DNA of 64,000 bases from Ostrea edulis (Eukaryota). Location: contig NC_079171.1 in the NCBI RefSeq assembly GCF_947568905.1, positions 8,804,001 to 8,868,000 on the forward strand. Direction: 5' to 3'. The position numbers and the translations under genes are program-made. Position 1 is the first letter of the stretch, and each line of letters opens with the position of its first letter. Below, one piece after another: positions 25,901-38,461 of this stretch. Under the pieces are notes generated by a model that saw nothing but the letters and a program-made list of their open reading frames with translations, had not been told where the DNA came from and ran no database searches.

Positions 25901-27339
25901 AAATGATGTGAAAAGTGCCTATTCAGATTTTGTAAATGGGTATGAAATTAACAATTTGCCATTAGTTTACTTTTATCCATCCACACTCATTAGTGATTGT
26001 GTAATAACGATTCCGAAAATATATGTACTAGATACGAGAGAAATAATGTGATCGGTATTGTTTTATCAGTTATCCTATTCAAAAATGAAAGTCGGTCACA
26101 TTATTTAACCAATCATCCGATAACTAATAACTACACGTGTACTTTTTATTGATCTCTAGAAGGATTCCGTGAAGACACATTTTTCCTGCTCTTCTCTTAG
26201 GAAGCATGTTATTGTTTACAAATGTATACACGCCATATCTATTCTTTGAAGTTACAGTCATCAAATACATATCTAACTTTCATTTTGATTATTCCACTAG
26301 CAAACAGATAAACAAAAATTTGACAGGATATATATCGAGTTCATTTGAATGACTTGTAAATTTTCCAACAAAAGCTACGTCCGTATAGTTTTCCTATCGG
26401 TTATTTCAGTTGCATGAGAACGTTTGTAAAGGATTGCATTGATTGTGCAAATCGATGTTATGTTGAACTTGTTTGCTATTTAAAAGTTTTACCAACATGA
26501 CTTTCAGGAAATATGTCTAATTTTTACCTTGCGACAACTGTCACAAACCCAAATACCAGATACACCGCACACTGCCTCAGATATACTGCAATACCGTAAC
26601 CCTTGACTCCTATTGTTTCGAACTCCGGTATAAAATGTTGATGAGTGGGCATCGAGACGAGGCGTCCGTAAGACGTTACGAGATCTTTGACGCCTTAGGA
26701 ATTCACTGATAAAACTCGAGAGAGAGAAAACTCTGTAACACTCACTTGTTCACCGTGACAACCCTCAAGAGAATCATGATCATGCACGTTAGTACAGACA
26801 TTGAACCTTAATTTTAGTCCCACTCAACACAATTTCAACAATTTTCTCTCAACAGGACTTATCTCTAACTCATCCTTTTAAAACTGCTCTCCACAAGAAA
26901 CCCGTTTGCTCAACAGTAAGCAATAGTTCGTGGAAGCCGCCATTAAAAATTAACGGTTTTAGTTAAAGGTTTTCAATTTGTATATTCACAAATTACTACG
27001 TCCATTTGAATATACTGATTATTTTGTCGTTGGATGGATGTATATCACGAAAGAAAGACGGAAAACTTTTTCCGTCCTTTTTCTCGTATACCTCCATCAA
27101 ACGAAAAAATGATAAATTCATTCTTGAAATCAATGTTGCACTCCACCAATTGCAATATGAATTTAGCAAATACAATCTCCACAAATACACATTTAGATCT
27201 CAATAGAAGACATTGCATTCTGCTTCAATATTCTTTTGAATTATGAAACTCAACAATTCGAAAGGAAGTAACATTTGCTATTAATCATATTGACTGTGCA
27301 GTACGGTATGTCGTCATAAACGTTTTCAGTTCACAATGT

Positions 27340-27760
27340 AAACAGTGTAAGAATTATATTTTATGTAATGGGTGATATCCATTGGATAAAGGAGGAAACG
27401 TGATAAAAGTAGGTATTTAGTCCTGTGCAGCAAGGAGACTTTGCCTTTGTTGTATTTCCCATTCCCGAATGTTTTCTTTAAAATGAAGCATTTCGTGTTT
27501 TCTTTCTCGGGTTGGATACTTAACGTGTCTGTCTATGTTGTGTTTAGATATCGTTGTTCTTAATCAGCGAGTCAGAATTAATTAATCCGATCAACCTAAA
27601 GTATTCGGACACGAATCCAGTAGGATTACGAACTCCTTTGAACTTTTATCTAAAACAACTTATTATGGTGGCAATACGCACCATGTCTTGTTGAGAATGT
27701 GTAGAGATAGCAATCTCCGAAAACCTATATTACCAGGAAAGTGAAATATATGCTCAGTGA
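27340..27760 (+). promoter_or_regulatory. Conserved non-coding module: predicted exon 1, donor (GTAGGT at 27409) and intron start for TRIM-3
   Basis: 'aaacagtgtaag...atatccattggataaaggag...|gtaggtatttagtcctgtgca' is homologous to 35925-36010 and 62235-62340. The downstream 'ctttaaaatgaag...ttctttctcgggttggat' block is homologous to 6478 and 62387. Confidence 0.5.
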
Positions 27761-27904
27761 AATCGAAAGGAAAATATTTAAATTATATCAATAAATGCGA
27801 TTCTACAAAAAATCAAATATAAACAATGATATTGAATATATAAAAATACTTGTTGAAGTTTATTATTTAAACTATAGAGGTATGGACAAATTAATCTTCA
27901 CTGC

Positions 27905-28095
27905 GGATAACTCCGTTTACCTGATCAGGATATGGGGTTCACGGCGGGTGTGATCGGTCAACAGGGGATGCTTACTCCTCCTAGGCACCTGATCCCACCT
28001 CTGGTGTGTCCAGGGGTCCGTGTTTGCCCAATTGTCTATTTTGTATTGCTTGTAGGAATTATGAGATTGGTCGCTGTTCGTTATCTTCACCTTAC
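27905..28095 (+). mobile_element. Naiad-like 3' tail
   Basis: 'ctccgtttacctgatcaggatat...cctaggcacctgatcccacctctggtgtgtccaggggtcc...ttcgttatcttcacctt'. Confidence 0.8.
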
Positions 28096-28248
28096 ATATG
28101 CATTCATCAGATATTAAGTACATTTAGAAACAATTTTGTTATCTCGTTTTTCAAACACGAAACTATAAAATATGTACAAAGTAGCATTTAATCACTATTA
28201 GGAGTCAATAATAGTATGTGTAGTTACACCCTCAGCACACAGACAGAT

Positions 28249-29390
28249 TTAAATGCCAACAAATACAAATGCACCTTTGATCAGATCATTTTCTTTTGAT
28301 AGAATTTCGACAGCCTGCATAGACCACTTAGCTTGAAGAGGTTTAATCAAAGATAATTGCATGTCAATTTCTACAACTTCAATATAAGATTTCGTTCGAC
28401 TTGACTTGCGTAATGATTTTGAAATTGTTTTGAGCAAATAATTAAAATAATTATTCATTTGTACATAAAGAGGTTGGAGGCGGTCAGTGCATGTTTCGGT
28501 ACAAAACAACTATAATGACCTTTTCATCAAGAAGTTTAAAAAGTCTTTCTCCCATCGCCCTTTAAAAAGATCAAAATTGCAAAGTGCTATTTTATTCAAG
28601 GAGCTGTCACACTCGGCAAAATATTTTTTTCTACATATCGACTCAATTTAGGACGTTCTCAAATCAATTTCATTCAGTCAGGAAATTATTTTTAGTAGTT
28701 CCTTGGTAAAAAAGAACTGATAGTAAAGTTGATATCTGGTGTTTGTCGTCATATCCTTTAATCTGGATTTGTTTTGAACCTGTAAAATGCTTTAATTTTT
28801 AATATATTTGTCATTTACTAATTCAAGACTTTAAGAAAAGTACACAACTATTTCTCATTTAACATTTCTTACATTATTTGATTAGTAGATGTTATAATGA
28901 TAAAATCAAAACAAAAAAAAGATACCGCATAGCGGGGGTTTTCCGCGGGGTGATAAATTTAGCTTGTTTTAGCGGTTAAATAGCTTTCCGCCAAAATTTC
29001 ACTCGTCAAATATGGACTCAATTGCGACTTCAGTATTTGCAACAGCGATAGAACTTCCTTATCCGCCAAAATTTATTATGGTAAAAGTATTAGTATTAGC
29101 ATACCTTTGAACCAGTAATCGGTAAATTTCAAACCCGCGAAAAAAACCGCTAAACGGTAACTCCGCAGTTATTGTTGAAACAAGATTTTACCTGCTCGCT
29201 CTATTGTCCATTACCCAAATGGAATGATGCTGACACCAGTCTGGTTCCAATTAATTACAAGTGAGCCAGAAATGTTATGTTTTTGGCTTTAGAGTAAATT
29301 CGTTCAACGTCAGTTCGCAACGTATTCATGCCTTTGGTGGCCTTCCGCTTTCTAAAACTCATTCTGGAGAGTGATGATTTTATTATATCA
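28249..29390 (-). pseudogene. Decayed pogo-like DDE_1 transposase split by a 412-bp GT-AG intron
   Basis: Upstream exon: RMSFRKRKATK..LVINWNQTG..WTIERA. Intron 29191-28780 (G|gtaaaa...ttttacag|GT). Downstream exon: GSKQIQIKGYDDKHQI..CTDRLQPL..LIKPLQAKW..FVFVGI. Many stops and frameshifts. Confidence 0.75.
28925..29157. mobile_element. Mariner-type MITE inside the transposase intron
   Basis: ta|ccgcatagcggg...ttccgcgggg ... cccgcgaaaaaaaccgctaaacgg|ta; imperfect TIRs with TA flanks. Confidence 0.7.
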
Positions 29391-32217
29391 CTATTAATGG
29401 TAATTCAGACAAAATGTTCTTATTTTTTATACATAAAACCCCCTACACCTGTCATTAAAATTTTGTATTGACAACACTTTCAGACGCACATGTCTGAAAT
29501 CATCGTATTTCCCCAAATGCAAGGGACGTCGATGGGGAGAATACTCCTAACTGTAATCTTGTTTATATTTATTTGCAAAATGATGTGTAACTTTTGATGG
29601 TTCATTATCAATGCATATTTAGTTATTCTTTAACGTGTCTCAGGTGAATGTGTATCATATAATCCCTAGTTACGTTTTCTCAACAGAATATTGAAAACTT
29701 TTTTTCCACAGAGTCATTGTGCACGTCTGTGATTCCTGCATCTTCAGGGTCGTCTATCTTGCGGGGAACAAGGTAGAATTGACAATGGGGGAGCACTAAC
29801 CCTTGGGGATTGTTCTTTCTTAACAAATGTAGAAGCGACATCAATGAACAGATGTAAACGACCTCTTGGATTCGAAAATACTAGTGAACAAACTCCAAAT
29901 TACAAGTGACAATTTTTATCTTAATAGCTGAAGCGAAAACTCATTACCAGCAATAGTGAAAACTTATCCGAAAGTAAAAACGTATGTAGTATGTTTTATA
30001 CAAAACACGGGAGGTAATCCTAGTAAACATTGATTAGGGAGTAAAGACGAACTATTCGAAGGTGTTAATCCGCGACATTCAAACCATCGTGAAACATTGA
30101 AGGACAAAACTCGCGAAAATTAGTCCTGTAAAGTTAATGCCCCTTTAGCACATGCTCAGATATAAAGTGTAGCTAGGTAACTGATGCATCATGAACAAAT
30201 GAAATATCAATTTTAAATGCTGGAGAATGTAGGAGTGTATACATTCAAGCTTTAACTACGCTGATTTCGTGCATCTATACGTTTAATCTAGGGTTGTATC
30301 CATGTGATCGATGCATATACCTACACATTCATTTGTATTTACATATCCTACTGCTTTTTCTGTGATAGCCTTTGAATCGTCAGGCTAATTATCTTTTTGT
30401 GAACAACATTTTGTAAATCAGCGCGTTCCATAATGTATTTTGAAATGTACACGGAATGTGATGGGTATTTCAAATGCACTAAATGTGTGTAATGAGTGTC
30501 AAGTGTTTTAGATATGTGGGGATTATTACACTAGGAAAGTCATTTTATGTATAACGACGGATATCTAAGTAGTAAATGATGGGTGGATTTCAGGATTTCA
30601 GGTCGGTCTCTGCTATTGCTCGAGCTACTCTGTCTCATAACCCCGAACTCTCAAGGCCTGACGATGTTTTTTCCTCAGCATTTTAGTGACATTCGTCTAG
30701 TCTCTGTAAGTTGTCTGGTTTACAGTTGATATTTGTTTGCGAGTGTCTTTCTGGTGTTGTTCAATGTATAGAAAATAACTTTGATATTGTAGTTTTTAGG
30801 AAAAGGGAAATTGAGTCATTTCATAAAACTTTATTTTTCCTTTTTCAAATTTAGGTTAACATTTTGAATTTTGTAAATGATTTTTCCAATTGGTAGACGG
30901 GTAGTTCTCAGTGTATGCACATGGATTCACTGTGTTACGCCTTTGACATATCCAGTTTTGTTAAGTCTGGTAACACGAATATTATAATTATTTTTTTTCC
31001 AAAATATATATGTGTAGCTTCTTATCTTTAGCTCTTCAACATAACACGGAGGCGGACGAGAGCTACCTTTCAGAAAAACCGTTCATGCACTTCACAGAAA
31101 ATTACACTAACAGTTGAATCGGGAAAATCGCTATATTCTTGCATCGCCGTCTCAAAGAACTAACTTCTTACGTGTTTCCTCGATGAATTTGTGTCCAAAC
31201 TCACCTCCAAACATTCATTAAAGTATGTTGTCAACCGAACACACGCCATACCTTCAAAGCATTTCGTTTGTAGACGTTACCATGTTAGTCAGCAGTCAAT
31301 TAGAACTCTACTGATCTTTGTATTTATCCATTGTATCCAATATGTATATATTCGGTGTTCATTTATAATAAACTCAAACACTGGACATAAAATTCGTGAA
31401 TGTTTGGACACAAGTGTAGTGGGAAAAATGTTAGAAATATTTTTTTTATATTATGATATGGCGATGACAAAATACAGCGATATAAGGCCTCGATCGCGAG
31501 CTGTGAATTGAAGGATTTTATAAGGGGTTATTTCCCAGAGAGCTACATATCTGAAGCTAAATAGATATATACATGTATGTGATTCCGAACTTCTTGTACG
31601 TTTAGAATGTTTTGTGTTGTATATGTGTGGATGACCGAATAAAGCTGTATGACAAATTTATACATTTTGTAATAAGCAAACCACAAAGAATTTCTTCACA
31701 CAACATTTATTCATATAATGACAGTCAGGGTTTATCATCATGCCTTTACAAACCCACCTAACTCGACAGTACGGGTATTTTATCTACCATTTACTCACAC
31801 ATCTACTCTAATGTGCATTCATTCAAAGATAAAAAAGAGGAAAAGGGATAGAAAAGAATGAAGTTTCTCTGGCTTATGATATGTACAGATTAATGTTAAT
31901 CTGATAGGTTGTCAAGTGTACATGTATATCAAATGTACTGTTATCACATTGATAATACCTTAAATACACCAATGCTAATGTATACAATTACATATATCTC
32001 CTACATCATATAAAACTATAAATCCATGTCACGCATTCCATTTCTTCTCAAAAACATCAACATAATCATTTTTAAATGCTAACTGCCTTTCTACGTTGTA
32101 CACAGTTGTGCAAGTGTTAACAAAGTTTTTCAACAAATGCGGATTGAATCTACATTAAAATAGCTAAAATAGCTCTAGCAATTTATCGTTATTTCGGATT
32201 TCAAACATTTCGGTTAA

Positions 32218-32261
32218 GTATCACTGAAGAGACATTATTTGTCGAAATGCGTATCTGGTGC
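32218..32261 (+). ncRNA. Minimal type I hammerhead ribozyme (Penelope-like element pLTR remnant)
   Basis: Stem I gtatca/tggtgc; core CTGAAGA; stem II gac-attattt-gtc; GAAA; near-palindromic stem III atgcgtat; AUC cleavage triplet (cut after 32255). All core nucleotides are present. Confidence 0.8.
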
Positions 32262-32879
32262 ATTAAAATTGGTAACATATACGTTTTACATTTGCAACAA
32301 TATACAAAATACTTTGAATAATAAGTAATCAAACCAAAAAATGAAATGGTCAACATTTCATTTTTTGAGATAAACAGCAACTGTTGTTTTTGTTTTTTTT
32401 ATCAACAACATTTACTGTCAAAAAATCCCTAAACTATAAACTTATATTCGATTCATAATAATGCATTGACGTTGGAAAACTAAAACATTAATCGTGATAT
32501 ATTTTCCATATATGTATGCATGCAAAAAAACAACAACAAACAACTGAATTAATGGCCTTGTGGGTTTATTTTAACTCAGGCAAATCAAATAGTTTCAAAT
32601 GGTTTAAAACGTAACGGGCCTACCACAATACTATACCAACCATTCGACATTGAATATGTTTAACGATTTTCTGCTTCAATACAATACGCAGATTTAAATG
32701 TCCAAGTCAGCCGTTGAATGTACGAGTCAGTCCTCCTCGCAAAACTTCAATAATTACTGTTGAGGCCTGGATATTTAAATTATATCTACATTCGCCACCG
32801 TTTACTATTAGAAAGCGCCGATATTTCGAAACCTGCATGTTGATCAAACGTTAATATTTCTGATCTCAGAAGAAGAACA

Positions 32880-32954
32880 CCTTAACTTTCACTCACGTAT
32901 CGATAGATTGAAGCAGAGACTGTTTTTATTTCATTTACTCTTGCCTCACATAGG
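32880..32954 (+). promoter_or_regulatory. Predicted branch point and 3' splice site for TRIM-3
   Basis: accttaac ... tttttatttcatttactcttgcctcacatAG|g (AG at 32952-32953), with a strong polypyrimidine tract. Confidence 0.65.
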
Positions 32955-33180
32955 CTTCCATGTTCATGACACTATGCTTTCTATTAAGGGTCTACGCCAC
33001 AGTCTTGTCCCGTGACCCGTGGTACAGTGTGAATGAAAGTTTTCTCCCATAATCTCTTTCCACAGGAAGGACAGTGAAATTATTAGTTTGGTATGTGCTT
33101 GACAATAGTTCATTTATAGACATTACGGTGTGTTCCATTTGTTTTCGAAAATTTAGACGCCGATTCGCCGGATTTGAAAT

Positions 33181-33192
33181 GAAAACGAAAGT
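33181..33192 (+). promoter_or_regulatory. ISRE-like element GAAAACGAAAGT
   Basis: GAAANNGAAAGT, 19 nt before the ATG. Confidence 0.55.
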
Positions 33193-33211
33193 TGATTTGT
33201 CATTTATAAAC

Positions 33212-35086
33212 ATGGCAACATCCTTAGACAGGTCTTCGATGAAGGATGTTACATTGTGTTCTATATGTTTCGAAAAGTTCAAGTCCCCGAGGTTTTTACC
33301 GTGTACACATTCCTTCTGTCACGGTTGTTTATCTTCCTACATTGTTAATGTGTGTAAATCTACAGAGTTTCGTTTGGGATTTAATTGTCCATTATGCCGC
33401 GAGTACATACCCTGTCCTGGTGCATTCGATACGCCAGATGCGTGGGCGGGGCTATTTCCGTTGAATGAAGTTTTAGAGACAATCGTTAAGAAACCTGATG
33501 GGAAATTGTGTGATGCCTGTTTACGAGAAAACGAAAGTGAAAATGCTATCGGGTTTTGCTTGTCTTGTACTGAATATTTATGCAAGGTGTGTACCAAATA
33601 TCACAAAAGGCAATTGCTCTCAAGAGATCATACCATATGTCAACTAAACGAGATGAAATCTGGCAACATATTTCCCGAATCAGGGAATATCCATAGCTGC
33701 CCAAAACATAAAAGGGAAACTGTCAAATTCTTCTGTAATGATCACCAGCAGTCCTGTTGTTCAGTGTGTATAGGAATAAGTCACAGAAAATGCGAAAGTA
33801 TTGATACTGTTGAAGATGCAGCAAAAAATATAAAACAAAATCGCCAACTGGATGTTCTTTTAGGTGATATGAAGAACGTGGAAAAGAAACTGACAAAAGC
33901 AAAGAGCGAACAAGAGATATATGTAGCAGAAATAGAGAATTCAGTGGACGAAATCATAGAGAAAACAGAAAGGGAATTCAAGGAACTTGTTGATCACCTA
34001 GACATACTGAAGAACAAACATTTAGATGAGGTAGCAGATGCGCTGAAGAAAGGAAGGGGGAAGTTAAGTGAATGTACAAATGTACTTACTAATGGTATAC
34101 AGTGTACAAATTACTGCTGCCGGAATATTGAAAGAGTTAAAGAGACGGAGAATGACGCTGAAATGGTGATGACGTATTACAGAGTGAAAGAGAGGCTCTT
34201 ACAGCTGAAACGGTTTAAATGCACGAAGAAACAGATAACGATATCTGAAAAAAAGTCACAAGTTTTGAAAGAAATGAGAAATATGGAATCTTTTGGAGAT
34301 GTTGAATATGCTGAGTCTGATCGTCGCATCACGTACGATGTAAATGACATTGCGTTATCTTTAGTTAATGAATTCAGCATTGATGGAGAAAATCCGATTG
34401 TGTGGACTGGGGATTTTCTGTCCAATGGTAACTTTGTATTTGCAGATTACATACCTGATGGACGTTGTTTTATTTATAACAAAGACTGGAAACCCACGGA
34501 AGTCATTGATGGACTGAGTTACCCTTTTGAAGCAATACAAGCTGGAGAAGAACTACTGGTGACGTGTGATGGAACGAAGTCTATAGAAGTTTTTTCTTTG
34601 TCTGATTTACAGAAACTGCGAAGTATCAAAATCAACGAAACAATGTATGGAATAACACAACACAATGGAATTTGTTATGTAGCATGTGGAAATAAGATTA
34701 TAAAATTCAATCTGTCTGGTAAAAAACTTAGAGAATATAAAGTCGAAGGCAATTACAATATTCACATAAGTACAACAAAAGATGGACATATTGTGTACAG
34801 TAACTGTTCCCTGAATAGAGTAACCGCCATCACGGACCAGGGAGACACCGTGTGGCAGTATAAACATATCAAAATGAGAGTACCCCGTGGACTTGATGTA
34901 GACTTTGTCGGTAATATCTTTGTTGCCGCTAGAGGAAGTGACAATATCCACGTGTTGTCTGGCGCTGGCTGTCTCGTTAGGATTATCGAGGATATTCCAC
35001 AGCCAATGTTTATTAAACTAATGGAAGAGAGGAGTATATGTTGTGTGTGTAGCAATCGTAGAATCATGAAAGTGTATAAATTGTAG
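33212..35086 (+). CDS. TRIM-3: intact RING-Bbox-Bbox-coiled coil-NHL-like TRIM E3 ligase (624 aa)
   Basis: Uninterrupted ORF from ATG 33212 with all zinc ligands present. An in-frame ATG at 33179 could add MKTKVDLSFIN. AATAAA lies about 20 nt after the stop. Confidence 0.95.
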   Translation: MATSLDRSSMKDVTLCSICFEKFKSPRFLPCTHSFCHGCLSSYIVNVCKSTEFRLGFNCPLCREYIPCPGAFDTPDAWAGLFPLNEVLETIVKKPDGKLCDACLRENESENAIGFCLSCTEYLCKVCTKYHKRQLLSRDHTICQLNEMKSGNIFPESGNIHSCPKHKRETVKFFCNDHQQSCCSVCIGISHRKCESIDTVEDAAKNIKQNRQLDVLLGDMKNVEKKLTKAKSEQEIYVAEIENSVDEIIEKTEREFKELVDHLDILKNKHLDEVADALKKGRGKLSECTNVLTNGIQCTNYCCRNIERVKETENDAEMVMTYYRVKERLLQLKRFKCTKKQITISEKKSQVLKEMRNMESFGDVEYAESDRRITYDVNDIALSLVNEFSIDGENPIVWTGDFLSNGNFVFADYIPDGRCFIYNKDWKPTEVIDGLSYPFEAIQAGEELLVTCDGTKSIEVFSLSDLQKLRSIKINETMYGITQHNGICYVACGNKIIKFNLSGKKLREYKVEGNYNIHISTTKDGHIVYSNCSLNRVTAITDQGDTVWQYKHIKMRVPRGLDVDFVGNIFVAARGSDNIHVLSGAGCLVRIIEDIPQPMFIKLMEERSICCVCSNRRIMKVYKL

Positions 35087-35912
35087 AATTTGTTAATTTT
35101 GTCGTAATAAAATATTCAGAAAAAAATCAACATTAATGTTTATATGAAAATTGTCTTATCCATATACATTGCTAGTATTACCTTCATTCTAGTAAACTTT
35201 GTTATCTCACAAGAATACTAATGAGTATCAGCTGTAATTTTTTCTGGCTTAAATTACAGGCACATTACACCGTTTTTCAGATAAAAGCAAAGGCTAGCCT
35301 AAAATTCTTGATGAGGAATGGAAAATTCCTTCTTAACTTTCAACATAATAAATACCGTGAGTGGTACGGAGAAGTGAAGGTGGAATTTTGAGACTTAAAA
35401 TTCATAAACTAAAAATTGTCTAAATAAATTTGCCTAAACTCCGATTTCTTAAAGGGGTGGAACTCATCGGTTTAATTCATAACTTTTACACTTTTATTTT
35501 TCTCTTTCACCACTGCTATCCAAAATAATGGTACAGACGACAGTAGGCACCCAATTATAATCCATCTTTATTTTCATATGTAGGGGATCACAGATTTTGG
35601 ATTTTTTTTTTAGCATAAACAATTTTTGGTCTGGTCTATCTAATTGTCCAATTAGTTCTGTTATTGAAGTTAATGTGAAGATTTGCTCCTGTGTCAATGC
35701 TTTAAACTATGGATACAATGCAAGATATATGGGATCTCACATGGTTCGTGATTTGATACGATTTATATTCAACGAGTTGTGTGTTTTCTATCCCTGAGAC
35801 ACAAATCATAAGATGTTTTTTTTTTATCACATGTTAACCCCTAAGGCTATTCATTTACGTTACTGTAGCGTTGATAATTTTACTTCTTGACATGTAAAAT
35901 TGACGTTTATTT

Positions 35913-35998
35913 GTGACGTCACAAACAGTGTAGGAAATAATAGTCTATGTAGTGGCATATCCATTAGATACAGGAGTAAACATCTGATAAATGTAAGT
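35913..35998 (+). promoter_or_regulatory. CRE palindrome (GTGACGTCAC) and 5' splice donor (GTAAGT at 35993): predicted promoter/exon 1 of TRIM-4
   Basis: Both motifs are conserved in the paralogous block at 62225-62324. Confidence 0.5.
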
Positions 35999-37513
35999 AT
36001 TTAATCGTGGACAACATACTGACCGGAATGGATGTGTGATGATAATTTGAATATTTCTTCATGTGGGACAGAACCTGTTGACATTTTCATTCTACATAAT
36101 ATTCTAAATCAATACAATTGGTCATTCTTTCTGCTTTAATGTCTTAGGAATAATTTAATGTTGCATGTATTACGTTTTCACGGATAACTAGAATGGGATA
36201 AATGATAAAATCACATAAACAAATTACATATTTATTTGGCATACAACTAAAATTTAAGTTTCTGATCCCGTTTTATGGCGTTGAGCATACGCTTCCTCAA
36301 AGGCGTCTGGCTTAAACTCAGATCCACTATGCTTATGACTGCTGTCATACGTAGACACAACACATATATCGATGCTCCCCATTGTTTGGTTTTCATACTG
36401 TTGTACTTGGTACACGTGTACTTAGTACACACTACAAGGTAGCATCTACGACAATAAAGTCATATAAACGTACACATACACACAGGTATTCAGGTTGAAA
36501 CCTTACTTTACATTATCCATGGATAAATCCCAGCATACACCGTTATACATATTAGTTACTTCATATTATAACAAGATACACCAAACTCTAGCAATTCTAT
36601 GCATGAGTTACACGATACGTTTCTTACAACGAAACAATTATGGCCAGTACTACACGCCGTAACTTTACAAACAGGACTATGTAGCGAACACTTTTATGAA
36701 AAATAAAACTGGTATCGAAACAACCACAAAACACATAACTAAATAAAGATCGTTGGAAGCTTTAGGACCTTTTTAACAAAGGAAATACTATATAAAGATC
36801 ATTACATAAAAATCTCCTCCGAACAAGCTGAAAATGGGCAACATTTACAACAAAGTCAAAGTGTCTGCAATAGTTATTTTGTAATTGCTGTCATAACATT
36901 CTGGTGAAAATGTGCTCAGATGAATGCATCAATCTTGCATGACAGTTCGATTCCTACTGAGAGCACGGACAGGTGGTTTTATGCTCCGATAGATTGGGGT
37001 TTAATAAAGGGGTATTTACAATTTAAAAGAGGCCCCAAGCAGGATAAAGCTACGTTTGGTTTGACAAAACAAAAGTGAACTAAAAATGAACATAAGAATA
37101 AAATTTAACGTGACATACATCATGTCAATGTTTGTATGTATACTATTGACAGTTATATGTACAAAGTGAGAAAACCCAAGAGATAATGTCATAGTACTGC
37201 CTCGTAGTCCCAGACAGGATAAAACATTAAATTCATATATAAACTGTTAGTCTGTATGTTCGGATTTTGCAATGGTAATAGTTTACTGTTTGAAACAAGG
37301 TTTATATCTCAATCACTGTCTGATATGAATGAAACGAAGAAGTCGTCAGTGCTATTTCACCCATATATTCTTTATTTGTATTGTGTATTGTTGATGTAGT
37401 ACTGTTTTTGTTGTGTGAAAGCTACGTAGGAATATTAACATGGAACGGAAGTGAATAGATGCGAAAGAGCAAATATACCAATTGATTATAAATGTAAAAA
37501 TTACTGGTCGATT

Positions 37514-38330
37514 ATTCGTTCATTTAAATAGCGTTTATTTATCAATGATGAAGCATGTAAAACTCTAGTAAACTCGCTAGTTACATCCAGATTAGATTAC
37601 GGAAATGCATTGAATTATGATGTTCATTCTCAACACACCAGCACATTTCAGAGGGCACAAAAACAGCTGTAATATTAATAACACGCTCAAAAATAATTCG
37701 ACCATATTACTCCTGTTCTAATAGATCTTTAGTGGTTCCCAGTTGAATACAGAATTGAATATAAGATACCTCTTCATACTTTCAAATTTCTCCAGTTTAC
37801 ATAAAGGATATCCTTGCAGTTTACAATCCCACAAAATCACTAAGATCCGAATCTCTGCATCTTTTCGAGGTACCTCGGACACGTACGAAAACATTTGGGA
37901 ATTGACGGTTAGACAAGGCTGCATCGAGTATCTGGAACTCGCTGTCTTTTAAACTCAGACAATGTCCTTCGCTGTCTAGTTTTAAAGTGGACCTCAAAAC
38001 GCATCTATTTTAGATTAGCTTTTAATTTGTGATTATTTTGATATACTTAGTGCCCTTACATACAAAAATCCTTTGTCGTTTGTTATTACACTTATGTACT
38101 TTCTATGTATTTAATTATTACTATGGCTTGTTTTAAATTGTTTCATATGTTATTAGAGTAATCATATCATTACATTAGGCGCTATATATTAATATAATAA
38201 TTATGCATTTTAATTCTGACACTATGAATATTTTATTCACATGTATGTGCAAATTTTCTTTCACATTTGTAAAGAGAACTAATGTTGATAGGGCGCTATA
38301 TAAATCGTTTCATTACAATTACAATTACAA
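37514..38330 (+). mobile_element. 5'-truncated L2/CR1-group LINE
   Basis: Decayed RT end ..DEACKTLVNSLVTSRLDYGNAL..FDHITPVLIDL*WFPVEYRIEYK, a (TTACAA)n tail, and 79-bp direct repeats at 37435-37513 and 38331-38409. Confidence 0.85.
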
Positions 38331-38461
38331 TTAACATGGAACGGAAGTGAATAGATGCGAAAAAGCGAATCTACCAATTTATTATAAATGCAAACATTAC
38401 CGGTCGATTCTAAATCTTAAAAAAATAAATATGTTGTCTTAATGGTTATTATAGTGTACAT

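Noticed and set aside
27930-28020. HDV-like ribozyme in the Naiad tail (ctcctcctagg resembles the HDV L3 loop)
   Set aside because: I could not build P3 or P1 pairings by hand; an RNArobo or Infernal search would be needed.
30560-31210. Possible decayed retroelement ORF
   Set aside because: Composition is suggestive, but I recognised no diagnostic motif.
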